From positions 1 to 49,564 of the IMG/VR virus record IMGVR_UViG_3300046786_000524: a DNA stretch of 49,564 nt; one strand, written 5' to 3'. Of this stretch, positions 1 to 10,800 are shown one piece after another (the first letter of the stretch is position 1; every line of letters starts with the position of its first letter). Source of the DNA: a virus (lineage: Duplodnaviria; Caudoviricetes). Below the pieces are notes generated by a model. It was not told where the DNA came from. It searched no databases and saw nothing but the letters and a program-made list of their open reading frames with translations. The position numbers and the translations under genes are program-made.

Positions 1-189
1 GTACTAGCGCCAGAAGGTCACCCGGCACATGCAGACCAGACATTTCATGTCGAAATCGAAGATGAAGGCGGAGGCGAGTTTATCAGCATTTGCCAGCCGC
101 CTGACTTTGTGAAACTGAACATTAACCCGGAAGAGTGGCCAGCGCTGAAAAAGCTGGTCGATAAGATGTTTAAGCAGTGTATTGGATGA
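1..189 (+). CDS. 5'-truncated small phage early protein (…VEIEDEGGGEFISICQ…INPEEWPALKKLVDKMFKQCIG*)
   Basis: Open frame from base 1 to TGA 187-189, in line with the downstream coupled + strand genes. Confidence 0.6.
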   Translation, partial: VLAPEGHPAHADQTFHVEIEDEGGGEFISICQPPDFVKLNINPEEWPALKKLVDKMFKQCIG

Positions 190-199
190 GGGGCGAGTG

Positions 200-463
200 A
201 TGACGCGCGACGAAATAGCTGAAAAGTTTGAAGAGTTTTTTGACTTCCCAACTGCTGACCGTGGCAGCGTAACTAGTACGTCTTGCAAGCTGTTTGCGGA
301 GCATATAGCTGGTGGACTTAGCGAAGAATGCCAGCGCCTGCGCAATGCACTAGAGCGTGCCGAGATGGATATAAACGTGATGTACATGGCGCTGAACAAG
401 AAGGACGAGCTATTTGCATGGCAGGCATTGGAGCGGATCAGGCAAGCATTGAGGGGCGAGTGA
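200..463 (+). CDS. hypothetical phage early protein
   Basis: GAGGGG RBS then ATG at 200 (MTRDEIAEKF); TGATG overlap with the next gene. Confidence 0.7.
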   Translation: MTRDEIAEKFEEFFDFPTADRGSVTSTSCKLFAEHIAGGLSEECQRLRNALERAEMDINVMYMALNKKDELFAWQALERIRQALRGE

Positions 464-756
464 TGGACAAGCAGCGGATAATCGAAATCGCGCAGGAAAT
501 CGCGCGGCGCAACGAGGAAAAGCTAGGATGCCATAATCCAAAAAATGTGCATGTCCACAAAATGCCAGACGTACAGGTAATAACCCTGATTGATAGCGGT
601 ATCGCTGAATTCGTAGCGGCGATACTGATTGAAGCCGCGAAGGTGTGCGACAAGATCACCGACGAACATAGGGAAAAGCACGGACAATATGGGCCACAAT
701 CCGGCGCCGCCTGTTCATTTGCTCTTGAAGAAATGGCGGAGGGGCTGACGGAATGA
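463..756 (+). CDS. hypothetical phage early protein
   Basis: RBS and ATG at 463 (MDKQRIIEIA); ATGA overlap with the next gene. Confidence 0.7.
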   Translation: MDKQRIIEIAQEIARRNEEKLGCHNPKNVHVHKMPDVQVITLIDSGIAEFVAAILIEAAKVCDKITDEHREKHGQYGPQSGAACSFALEEMAEGLTE

Positions 757-1097
757 GCCAGAGAGAACAAATGGAAATCGAACTAAAGCGGCAGGTTATT
801 GCTGAACAAGCCGAAGAGATCGAGCAACTGAAGCTTATATGTGCAAGACAAGAAGAAAAGATTATTGAGCTTAAACACCACAAGCAAGTGTGGGATGAGC
901 AATCTATCTTATTGCAGCATACAAACGATGATCTTAATGCACAGCTGATAATGTCAGCATTAGAAGTTGGTGCAAAAGATATGCGTATAAAAGAACTTGA
1001 GCAGGCTTTAGAGTTGATGATAGATACACATGATGTTGGTGGCTGGCCAACGGCAACTATTGTCATAGCACGCAAAGCACTGGAGGGGAAGCAATGA
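753..1097 (+). CDS. coiled-coil hypothetical protein
   Basis: 114-aa ORF coupled by ATGA overlaps on both sides; heptad-like. Confidence 0.7.
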   Translation: MSQREQMEIELKRQVIAEQAEEIEQLKLICARQEEKIIELKHHKQVWDEQSILLQHTNDDLNAQLIMSALEVGAKDMRIKELEQALELMIDTHDVGGWPTATIVIARKALEGKQ

Positions 1098-1291
1098 GCC
1101 AGCCGATAAAAACCCCACCAGTATCTGATTGCTGGTGTGGTAAGCCTGCGCAGGCATATGACTGGAATTTTAACAGTAGGTGGAAGGTGATTTGTGAGGA
1201 TGGCCACTCATTTAACGGTGAGTGTAATTCACGTCACAGGGCTGTATGCAGGTGGAACAATAGGATCGCAGCAAAGAAGGTAACGCAATGA
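1094..1291 (+). CDS. Lar (restriction alleviation)-like zinc-finger protein
   Basis: CWCG…C motif and C-terminal WNNR resemble the Lar-like family; coupled ORF. Confidence 0.5.
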   Translation: MSQPIKTPPVSDCWCGKPAQAYDWNFNSRWKVICEDGHSFNGECNSRHRAVCRWNNRIAAKKVTQ

Positions 1292-1644
1292 AACGTCTAA
1301 CACTATTAGCACTACTCCCCTGCATTGCCTTCGCTGAACCATGCCCAGATCAATCAGAAGTGGCTGCATCAAAACGCAAGCCATGTGTGTCGTGGTCGCC
1401 TGTGACGATGCGTGAAAACGGCAGGCCGCTACCGCCGAGCGAGTTAGCTGGCTATGTCGTGCACTGGGAACGGACAGGTAGCGACGGTAAAACGCTATCG
1501 GGCAAAACTGAACTGGTGAAAGACACGCAATATTTTTTCCCAAATGCGAACCGCAATTACAGCTATCGGTTCTGGGCTGTCACGCATGATACAGCGGGTG
1601 AAACTTCGGTGAACTCACAAACAGCAACTTGGGGGAAGCAATGA
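1288..1644 (+). CDS. secreted fibronectin type III-like protein
   Basis: Signal peptide MKRLTLLALLPCIAFA; VSWSPVT…GRPL…LAGYVVHW…YRFWAVTHDTAGETS resembles FN3. Confidence 0.55.
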   Translation: MKRLTLLALLPCIAFAEPCPDQSEVAASKRKPCVSWSPVTMRENGRPLPPSELAGYVVHWERTGSDGKTLSGKTELVKDTQYFFPNANRNYSYRFWAVTHDTAGETSVNSQTATWGKQ

Positions 1645-1997
1645 AAATCAGTGAACAAGATTTACTAATACTAGCAGAAACGTATTACGTACAATCCCAT
1701 GACAAAACATCATCACTGCTTCAGTTTTGCGAAGAGCTGATAGCACTGGCGCAGGAAGTCGAGCCGCTGAAGTTTGTTGATGTCAGGTCTCATTGGGTAG
1801 CGTCAAGCATTTTCGGTTATTACAAGGTTGTGTCTTCTGGCTTTGAGTATGACGTACTCTATTTGGAGTATGTTCCAGATGGCGTGCATGTATCAAAGCT
1901 TTGCACTATCGAAGGCATGGACAATGCCAAAGAAGCAGCCCAGCAAGATTACGCAAAGCGGGTGCGCAGTGGTTTGAAATATGGAGGTGGGGAATGA
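1641..1997 (+). CDS. hypothetical protein
   Basis: RBS and ATG 1641 overlapping the previous stop. Confidence 0.65.
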   Translation: MKISEQDLLILAETYYVQSHDKTSSLLQFCEELIALAQEVEPLKFVDVRSHWVASSIFGYYKVVSSGFEYDVLYLEYVPDGVHVSKLCTIEGMDNAKEAAQQDYAKRVRSGLKYGGGE

Positions 1998-2479
1998 AAA
2001 AGACTCTTGATACCAGTGTTGTTACGTTTGAGATGTGCGAGGCGTTCCGTGGTGCCAATAATATGCACTCAGGATTAAGGGCAGCACTGGAAGCAGCGCC
2101 GGGGGTGAAAGAGGAGCCGTTTTGCTATACGCACAAAAATGCACAGGTAGAATTTGATCATGGGTTAAGCGCTAGAATTGCCGACTTTCAAGACGATTAT
2201 TGGAGCATTCCGCTATACCTCCACCCGCCCGCACAATCTGGTTGGCTACGTGCTATTGATGAAGCATTGGTGTGTCATCACTTAGATGTAGCCAATGTTG
2301 ATGATAGTTATGAAGTAGCCAAGGATAAGCTCAACAAACTACTGTGCTGTGTACAAGATATAGGTAGTTACTTTTCTAGATCTGACCTTGTTGAGCGGAT
2401 TAAGGCTTTACCAAGAGTGTACAACCCAAGCGCAGTAAGTATTGATGACGTTATTTCACTGATAGAGGGGGCGAAATGA
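1994..2479 (+). CDS. hypothetical protein
   Basis: GGAGG RBS, ATG 1994 (MKKTLDTS), ATGA overlaps. Confidence 0.65.
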   Translation: MKKTLDTSVVTFEMCEAFRGANNMHSGLRAALEAAPGVKEEPFCYTHKNAQVEFDHGLSARIADFQDDYWSIPLYLHPPAQSGWLRAIDEALVCHHLDVANVDDSYEVAKDKLNKLLCCVQDIGSYFSRSDLVERIKALPRVYNPSAVSIDDVISLIEGAK

Positions 2480-2625
2480 AACTGATCCTTGCAGCATTAG
2501 CCGGTTGTCTCGTCGGCTGGCTTTATGCTCACTATGCGATTGCAACTGAGTGCCGAAAGATTGGAAAGTTTTACGTAGGTAATTCGGTGTTTGTTTGCAC
2601 TGAGATTAAAGAAGGGGCGAAATGA
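2476..2625 (+). CDS. small membrane protein (49 aa, MKLILAALAGCLVGWLYAH…)
   Basis: Read by eye; ATGA-coupled, hydrophobic N-terminus. Confidence 0.55.
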   Translation: MKLILAALAGCLVGWLYAHYAIATECRKIGKFYVGNSVFVCTEIKEGAK

Positions 2626-2694
2626 GCTGAATTGCTTTTGCCATAATTGCGGCAAACTGCGAGACGGGACGCCAGATTTCTGCATGCGCGACGA

Positions 2695-2830
2695 CTAGAC
2701 AAGCTCGAAATGCGGGCCGTCAAAAAACCGCTCGTCACTTGAGCGGCCATCGCCGCTCCAGTCGCCGCCCCACCGTATTTTAATGTCAAGCTCGGCGGCA
2801 CACTGCAAAACAACACTGGCGAGCGCGCCA
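2695..2830 (-). pseudogene. C-terminal remnant of an M15-family (L-Ala-D-Glu peptidase) endolysin
   Basis: …CAAELDIKIRWGGDW…FFDGPHFELV* is the typical M15 C-terminus; the N-terminal half with the H…D zinc ligands is absent. Confidence 0.7.
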
Positions 2831-2901
2831 GTATTCACGCGGCTTCCAGCCAGACCGATGATCAGCCAGAAACAGCGAGCCACACCCCGAGCCACACTTT
2901 G

Positions 2902-4806
2902 TCACGAGTACACCCACGTCCCTGACAACGATGCCACTTTCCAGCCGACCGCCGCATACGCTTCAAGCTCGATAAACCCGCCAACATCTGCCGAGCTGGA
3001 ATCTACTGATGACTTTACAGCGCCAGCGCCTGCAAAAAAGTTGGTCCCAGCGGCGCAGTCGATGGTAAGGTCTTGCGCTACTGCCTTAAAAATATACAGC
3101 CGGGTACCGGCAACTGGAGTTGGGAGCGTGAATGTTTGCGCACCCGATCCGGTTGCAACGATAGTTCGACCCGTGTCCCTGATTGATATCGCGTAGGTAG
3201 ACGCTGACACGGATATGTCTTTGTTGTCGTCGTTTTCGATCAACACCCTGCTCGATGCGTTTGTGAATTTTGCCGTGGATGCGTCGAGGTCATAACAGTA
3301 GCGGATTCTGCCGCTCAAGTCGGCAGAGTCCGAAGCGATGTAATAGCTGTTAGTAACGTTCGTTTTGAATTCGTCAGGCCCAAGATCGACGCAAAGCGGC
3401 GCGGTCGGCGACAATATCCAACCGCTTGTCCCTTTGCTGAACTCGTTTGACTTGCCGGTAATGATGCCCTGTTGCAGCGTAAACCCGGACGTGCAGTAGA
3501 TGCGGTTGCCGTTAACCGACAGCTTGCCGGATAGCAGACCTGCGGGGGCTAGGTCGTCGAAAGTGTTGCCGTCAATCGTGCCTGTGCAGTTTGTCGCACG
3601 CAACCACTGGGACGCAGGAGCGTATGTGGTCGAGGGGGTAAATTGCACCCCGCGCAGATTAAGCCCTTCTACGTTGTCAACGTTAATGCAGCTAGATGAC
3701 GGCGAAACAGCGATAGGGTTAAATATCGTCCCGTTCAAATTCAGCGTTTGGCGCGTTCTGGTGCCGCCGTGGTAGATGTTGTTTTCGCTGAAATCGTAGA
3801 ACGTGCAATCATTGAAATTCGTAACACTGCCACCAAACGTGTTAGCCAATTCGGTACGGGTATCATCTGACCACCACCCACGAACCGCACCGTCAAACAC
3901 ACACGAATCGAACGTCATAAACTCGTCATAAGTAGACCTGATCAGACTGGCCGCAGTCTGCAAGCGCGTCCCGGCAGTGATACCGTATGTGCCGACATAG
4001 CAGCGGATTAAGTGCAAACCCGGAGCGTCCAGCACATCAATCAGTGACCCAGTAAACCCGCTCGTCGCATAGCAGATATCCATATCCATTATTTTTAAAT
4101 TGCGGGCACCATTGCGATATACGCGAATGCCGTAACCAGATGACGTGCCGCTAACAAGTAGTGTTGTTGCACCTCGATAAAAGTTTGATTTACCCCGGCT
4201 GCCAGCACCCCTCAGCGTAAGGCCAAGGTCTTGCGTGAAGTTGAGCACATCAGGAGGAACAAGATATACACCGGGAGGGAAATACAGCTCGCCGCTTGTA
4301 TATGCTGTAATCGTGTTGCCGCCAATGGTGTCGAGAATAGATATTGCATTTCTGCGTAGAGCGGTTATTGCCGATAGGATAGCAGACGAATCATTCGTAA
4401 CCCCATCACCAATAGCGCCTGAGCTGGTAACGCTAACAACAAAATCCGATGTTATCGATGCAATAGGGAATGTAATTTCGGTTGTGCCAATGTCGATGTC
4501 ACCCGCCGCATGCGCTGAATAAACAACGCCATAGTTGTTATCCCTTACAAGCGTTCCTTCTACGGCGTCACGGTTTCCATCAAAGTCTTTCGCGCGCTGC
4601 CATTCAGATGTGCTCGCAAGATAAATGCCGTTTTCTGTAGCGTCTGCCTGACTCCTGACAAGCACCCGGTCATCCGCAACAAGGGATACACCGCTGATGG
4701 ACTGCAATCCTGAAAGCGTAATATTTTCAGTAGTTACCGCAACGACCGGCGCCTTGAACGCAAGGCCTCCCAGCGTCCCGCTTATGCGGTCTGTCATCGT
4801 CGTCAT
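2902..4806 (-). CDS. tailspike / receptor-binding protein with a beta-helix domain
   Basis: 634 aa; N-terminal virion-attachment region, GAIGDGVTNDSSAI motif that opens pectate-lyase-like beta-helices; last gene of the structural operon. Confidence 0.8.
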   Translation of the reverse strand: MTTMTDRISGTLGGLAFKAPVVAVTTENITLSGLQSISGVSLVADDRVLVRSQADATENGIYLASTSEWQRAKDFDGNRDAVEGTLVRDNNYGVVYSAHAAGDIDIGTTEITFPIASITSDFVVSVTSSGAIGDGVTNDSSAILSAITALRRNAISILDTIGGNTITAYTSGELYFPPGVYLVPPDVLNFTQDLGLTLRGAGSRGKSNFYRGATTLLVSGTSSGYGIRVYRNGARNLKIMDMDICYATSGFTGSLIDVLDAPGLHLIRCYVGTYGITAGTRLQTAASLIRSTYDEFMTFDSCVFDGAVRGWWSDDTRTELANTFGGSVTNFNDCTFYDFSENNIYHGGTRTRQTLNLNGTIFNPIAVSPSSSCINVDNVEGLNLRGVQFTPSTTYAPASQWLRATNCTGTIDGNTFDDLAPAGLLSGKLSVNGNRIYCTSGFTLQQGIITGKSNEFSKGTSGWILSPTAPLCVDLGPDEFKTNVTNSYYIASDSADLSGRIRYCYDLDASTAKFTNASSRVLIENDDNKDISVSASTYAISIRDTGRTIVATGSGAQTFTLPTPVAGTRLYIFKAVAQDLTIDCAAGTNFFAGAGAVKSSVDSSSADVGGFIELEAYAAVGWKVASLSGTWVYS

Positions 4807-4820
4807 TGTTCATTCTCCAG

Positions 4821-4851
4821 AAACGAAAAAGGCCCGCAAATGCGAGCCTTT
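4821..4851 (-). terminator. rho-independent terminator after the giant ejection protein
   Basis: Minus strand AAAGGCTCGCA-TT-TGCGGGCCTTTTT CGTTT. Confidence 0.6.
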
Positions 4852-4879
4852 GGTGGGGGTGATATTGTTTTTGTAGCGG

Positions 4880-7800
4880 CTATTTTTTGGTGGGTTCCGG
4901 CCCTAACAGCATGGCCTGCGGCCCGGCTTCACCGGTTGCAAAATTGTAGGTTCCGGTGACGAAATCGCTGATCAGTTTGCCGGGAACGCCAAACGTGAAG
5001 CCGACACCCATCAGCAGATTCTTGACGTCTTGCTGATCGCCGTCGCCTTTCCCAATATCAACCGTCGACTCGATGCCCTTGGCGACGCCCTCAACAGCAG
5101 ACTCAACCGGTGACATCTTGAACGAGCGGGCCCAGCCGCTATCAGCAACGTACTTATCCCAGGCCCACGGTGCTATGTCGCGCACAATCGGGAACATGGC
5201 GGCAGGGTAAAGCAGCAGCCCCTTGGCGTAGCGCGCGACTTTCTCTTCATCGTCCTCATCATCTGGTGTGCGCCGGAACATTTCAGTCACCAGCGCCGGC
5301 AGGATCCAGAAGACCACAAACGCCATGGCCACCCGCCCCGCTGCTTTGCGCGGGTTTGTTTTGGCTTCCTGCTTGCTGATAAGCCCGGCCCTGACCAATT
5401 GCTGCAGCTGCGAATTGAAATAGCTGTAGAACATGGTAAAAATCGTTTTCAGGGGATGCCCGGTCATGATCCCGGCTTTGTCGACAATGCGCCCAGAGCC
5501 TTGCGTTTGCCGTACAACGTGGTCGGCATACTCAACCGCAAGCGATGTATCGGCCCGGTACTTCTCCATGCCCTCAGCAAAGGCAGCGTTCCACACCGGT
5601 ACCGAAACCCCACGATCGACCCAGCCCATCAGCGCAAGAAACGTTGCAGTGTCCGGCATCATTGATCCGTTAACGGTCAGATTCTTCGCCGTGTTCACAA
5701 GATCCTGTTCGTAGGATGTGAACCGGTGCCGCATGTATTCGGATCGCGACGTTGCGAACTCATACATTTTTTTCGGGTGCCGCCCAAACTTGGCGACTTC
5801 GCGGGACAACAGCCACGCATTGACGCGCCCCGTTGCTGGGATGTAACCGGTAAAGTTTTGGAATGCAGTGCCAACGCCGGACATCAGTGTCACGATCGTA
5901 TTGCGGCGAGCAATGGAAACGAATTTTTCGATGAAGCCATAAGGATCCTGCGGCCTGGCTGCGACTTCAGCCACCCGGCGGCGCATTGCGCGAAACGTTT
6001 CAACGCCGGCAGATTGCTTGATTGCGGCCTGAATCTCTTTGTCGTTGAGCAGACGAATGACGTCTGACACGGCTTCACGATAGGCGATGTCATGCACAGT
6101 CTCAGTGACCGTCTCAACGAACACACCGAAATCAAGACGGGGGCGCATCAAGACGCCTTTCTTGCGCTCTTGACTGGTGCCCTGCGGAGTTTTTCCGGTC
6201 ATGCCCATGCCGTTGCGCAGGTCTGACAGCGATTGCTCAACGTCGAACTTATAGGCCCGCTCATCAAGATCAGTGTCGTACTTCAGCCGCATGTAACCAC
6301 CCGGCCAGGTGCCCAGGCGGTTCGTGAATGGCGTTGCCTCAACCTTCGGCGGGGCCTTGCCGGCAGTGCGTTCGTTCAGCGCTTTCAGATCCGGCCACAG
6401 GTCATTATCAAAAAGATCCCAAATGCCTTCAGCAAGACGCTTGTCGCGCTCATCCAGCAGATCGATGATCTTGATGATCTGCTCATCCGTCCACCCGTAA
6501 TTGCGCACGCGCTCACGGCCTTCAGCGTTACCTACCAACAGCGCAACGCCAAGCGCTTTCTCGCGGGTAATAGGAATACCGATCTCGCCCCCGATGTCCT
6601 TCATCGAAAAGGCGCGCTTTTCCATAACGGAATATTGATCGAACAATGGTTCAAGCTTTTTGAATACGCCCTCAAGCCTGGTAGTTCTCCAGTTGGAACG
6701 GTCAGAGATCCGCTTGAAAAATGACTCATGCAGAAGGCCTAGATCGCCGCCTTCAAGGATGTTGATGATCGTCTCGTTGCCAAGAAATTCGCCCAGCATT
6801 GCGTCAGCATTGTCGCCCAGCTTTGCCTTGAGTGACGGCACAAAGTCAGGCGCCTGCCCTTTCGGTTTTCCGTCTGCGTCAAACGCTTCAGGATGGAACT
6901 GGCGCAGCCGATCAAGGATCGCGTTTTTCTCCTGCTCGAGCTCCATGCCGCGAATTTCCATGTACTGCTTTTGTTCGCGACGTGCCAAGTGTTCAAGCTG
7001 TTTGACGGCATCGACAAGACTGCGGAATTCTTCCAGCGTCATGTCGCGGTACGGCTTGCGCACCCCGCCATCAAGCACAAACGCAACCATGTCGGGAGTC
7101 GGGGCGCCCAATTCCTCAGCTTTCGCCTGCAGCCAGTCGGCAAACTTCGGCAGGGTGTTCGCTTTGGTGATAGCCTTCTTCGTGTTGCCGGCGCCGCGAA
7201 GCTCGAAACGCTCAAGCAGGATGTTCAGCTGCTCAAGGTATTCGCCCCGCATCGACTTCTGAGAGCCCGGCTTTTGCAGTTGCTTGAAGTGTCTGACCGC
7301 TTTTGCAACTTCTTCCTCAGCGTCATAAGCCAGCCGCGTTGCAATGTTGTTGACCAGCTGATTGCGTTTTTCCAGCGCCTGATCGTTGACGTTGCCCTTC
7401 TTGCGCGCCTTGTCGAACCTGGCCGCCGCCTTGGATTCCTCAGCGGCAAAGTGTGACGGCTTGATGTCCAGGATCTTCATGCCGGCAAGGATCCGTTCGG
7501 CAAACACCCGAGCAGCTTTGGCGGTGATGCCACGGGCACCCAGCGTCTTCGCTAGAGCGTTGGCTTCAGTGGCCAGCACCTTCGCCCGCATCTTGTTGTG
7601 AATCGCTTCATCAGCGGCCTTGTCCAGCGCCTCTTTACTGGTCAGGTCGCCATGCCGTTCAAACATGATCCGGTCAGTGGTGTCCTCGATGGCGGAAACC
7701 ATGTCTTTTGCTTCCATCAGGAACCTGACCATTTCGTCGCCGGACTGAAAACCGAACTGATCCGCAATCACATCGGGATGAATGCCGTCGTTCGACAGCA

Positions 7801-10800
7801 TGGCGCCCAAGTTTTCCCATGGGAATTCTTCAGTAGAACCACCGTATTCCCGCACCATCGATTCACGATCGATCCGACCACCGGCAAACGGATTGGCTTC
7901 CAGATCCTGCATGCCACCGGTCTTGTCTTCCAGGTTGCGATAGTCGAAGGTTTCCGAATAGTGCGGGATGCCCTTGCCTTCGTCGTGCAGGTAGTCGCCG
8001 AGATCATTCATGTCCCAGCTTTCGCCAAACTTCGATGGCATATAGCCGAGCTGCGCCAGCGCCTCAGCCATACCGTCGGGTGTCATGCCGCCATTGCGAC
8101 GCAGGATAGGTTTGCCGAACACAGGGGTTTTCTTGAAGTCGCCCGGATCAAGGCCGAACTGATCAACCGCCATGTCACGCTGCAGGCCGCCAAGCTTGGC
8201 CACGGCAACAAGCAGGGTATCAGTTGCCGGATCCACAGCATTCGGGTCGCCCTTCGCTTTCTTGACCTTCAGCGCGTCTACCGGTGCCGTCAGGAACTGC
8301 ATGACCCGATACACGGGATGGCTCAAGACCTCAGCGCGTGCTGCAATCCTGGCCTCCCGGCGAAGTCCTGCAGCCTCCCGGCGAAGGCGCCGCACCTCTT
8401 TGTTGTGGGCGTTGCGAAACCATTGCATATCGCGCAGGCTGCGACTCTCAAGCGCAGTTATAGCGTCCTGGTCGGCCTGCTCGATGTTGGCCCGGTATTC
8501 ATCCCAGTCGACGCCAGCGGCTTCCGCCTCTTCTTTGGTCGCAAAGGCCGGCATGTACCCGCGCGCTGCGTTTGCTTCGTAGATCTGCTCTTGCGTTGCA
8601 AGCATGCGATCCATGACCGATCGCACTTCATTGCTCAGCTTAACGTCAAGCGCAGTACCGAGATCCTTATTGTTGAACGCATCCAGCAGTTTCTTGTAAG
8701 CGTCCAGCATCCACGCACGGAAACGCTGGAACAGCTTGGCCAGCGCAAGGCTTGGCGCCTTCCCTTCCCATGCGTAGACCTCAAACCCGCGCGCAAACTG
8801 TTCATGATATGGGCGCTTTTCTTCCAGCGTCATAGATCGCCATATTTCAAGCGCGCTCTTTTGCTCATCAAGTGGCGCATCAATTGGCCCGGAACCTTTT
8901 CCGCCATAATACGGATCCATGGTGTCCGCCAAAACACTAGCAGACGCAAACGCTTTGCCATCCTCAGTGAAAACTGTATTTTTGTATGTAAGCTGATTAA
9001 CATGCTTGCGAGCAAAGTCCTGCATCGCAGTAGCGATACCCTTACGGCGATGCCCCTCTTTCACGTCAAAGTCAGCAAGTGTCGTCTGCCCATTTGGTAA
9101 AACTTCCATTCCAAAAGTGCCGACAATAAGCCCGTCTTTTTCTGCCGTTACTGAAACATCTTCAGGATTAAAACGCAGAGTGTACCCTTTGTAATTCTCT
9201 GTCAGCGGTGCAGGCTTCTTGCCGCTAATTCCAAACCAATCCATGACGGTGTTGAAATCGTCGACAAGCTGCTTAGAGACAACCGCCGCATTCGGCGATT
9301 CATCTTGTAGAGCCATATCTTCGAGCTGTTTACGGAGATCATATATGTGCGTGCCCCTTATGCTTTCATAGCCAGGGATGATCTCCCCTGTTTCCCAATC
9401 CTTTGCATTTCGCAGCATAAGAAATTCTTGAACGTCTCCAGAAAGTTCGTCCCAATACTTCTGAACAATTCTGGCCGCACCTCGATCGTGATCTTGCATA
9501 TCCCCCTTGAAGTATGGCCCGAACTCTGCCTCACCTTTGTGCTTGGCAACAAGACGGTCTACCTCATTGTTTGCCTTAACAATGATGCTTGAGGCTTTGT
9601 TCTCTTTTTGAGTGGAGCCCAATCCTTTGGATGCAAGATCGCTTAGCACCTCAAGGAAAAAATGCCCGCTTTCATGAATGAAGCTGGAAAGGTTGGCGCC
9701 CTTCAGCAAGGTTATGACGGTCGGCGTCGACGTGATGTCGTTGGCAAAAGAGATCTCAGCGAGGGGACGCTGATTGTTTTGTTCTTCTTGGAACAGCGTA
9801 TTCAGCTCAGTCGACAACGACTTAACAGCGCGCGCACGGTCATTGTTGTCGTTCGCTTTGTACTCAACAACTTTCAGGCCGCGCTTTTCCAGCTCAGAGC
9901 GAACCTGTTCTGATGTGTTGTCTGGAACAGCCGCACCCTTGAATTCCTCAATTGCGACATCGCGCAAGATCTTCGCTTCAAAGTAGGCCGTCGGCAGATG
10001 ATGAAGTTTCTCCAAAAACTCGACTGCTTTCTGCTTGGCGCTTTCGCTCAGCTCAATGTTGAAATCCTTGGCGGCAGCCTCAAGCCCCATCTTTGGAGCG
10101 TCCTCAAGGATGGCAATGGCGGTTTCGTTGCGCGTTTTCATGAGATCAACAAGAGCAAAAAACTCGTCGTTTATTTCGTCTTTTATCTTGTCGAAATCGC
10201 CTTCGCTCAGAAGCCTTTCTTTGTTCTTGCGAATATCGGCAACGCTTTTGAATTGTGGCGTGAACTTGGCGCGCAATGATCCGACGCCATAGTTGAAACC
10301 TTCGCCGCCGCGCAATTCCTTCTTCAGGATCTTGACCACGTTTTCAAGAGTATGCGGGATGTACTTGCGCTTTCCTGAATTGTTGAAGCCCTGAAAAATA
10401 CGCTCAGATTTGGTTATGCCATCAAGGGAATCAACGACAAACTGCTGATAGTCATTGGCCAAATTGGCGTCTTGAATCTGTTTCTCCATTGCGCTCATCG
10501 ACGCATATACATCGATGTCAGGCCGCTTGCGCAGCTTGGCAGCGCTTACAATTTCACGGGCAAGATCACGAACAAGGTTTTGCTGCGTATCTTCATCAGT
10601 GCGGAGCTTTTGAACCATTATCTCCTTGCGCCCGCCCATCTTTTGATACTGGTCAATGAGTTCGGCAAGCGCAGCCTGAAAGAATCCTTCGTCTTCCATC
10701 AGGTCATAGACGCTGGTCGCTTCCAGATATGGCCCCAAGCCGAACGACTCCAAACGTTTTACGCGCTGCTCATTCATGCCGGGGCGGAAGGCAACGGCGG

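Noticed and set aside
1-2700. Continuation of the attC array at the window start
   Set aside because: Genes here overlap by ATGA/TGATG with no intergenic space, and I found no YAAC…GTT hairpins.
2902-4806. Diversity-generating retroelement target, as in BPP-1
   Set aside because: No reverse transcriptase and no TR/VR repeat pair visible in the window.
7598-9100. 500-aa + strand ORF antisense to the giant protein
   Set aside because: Antisense shadow caused by codon bias; no motifs or RBS.
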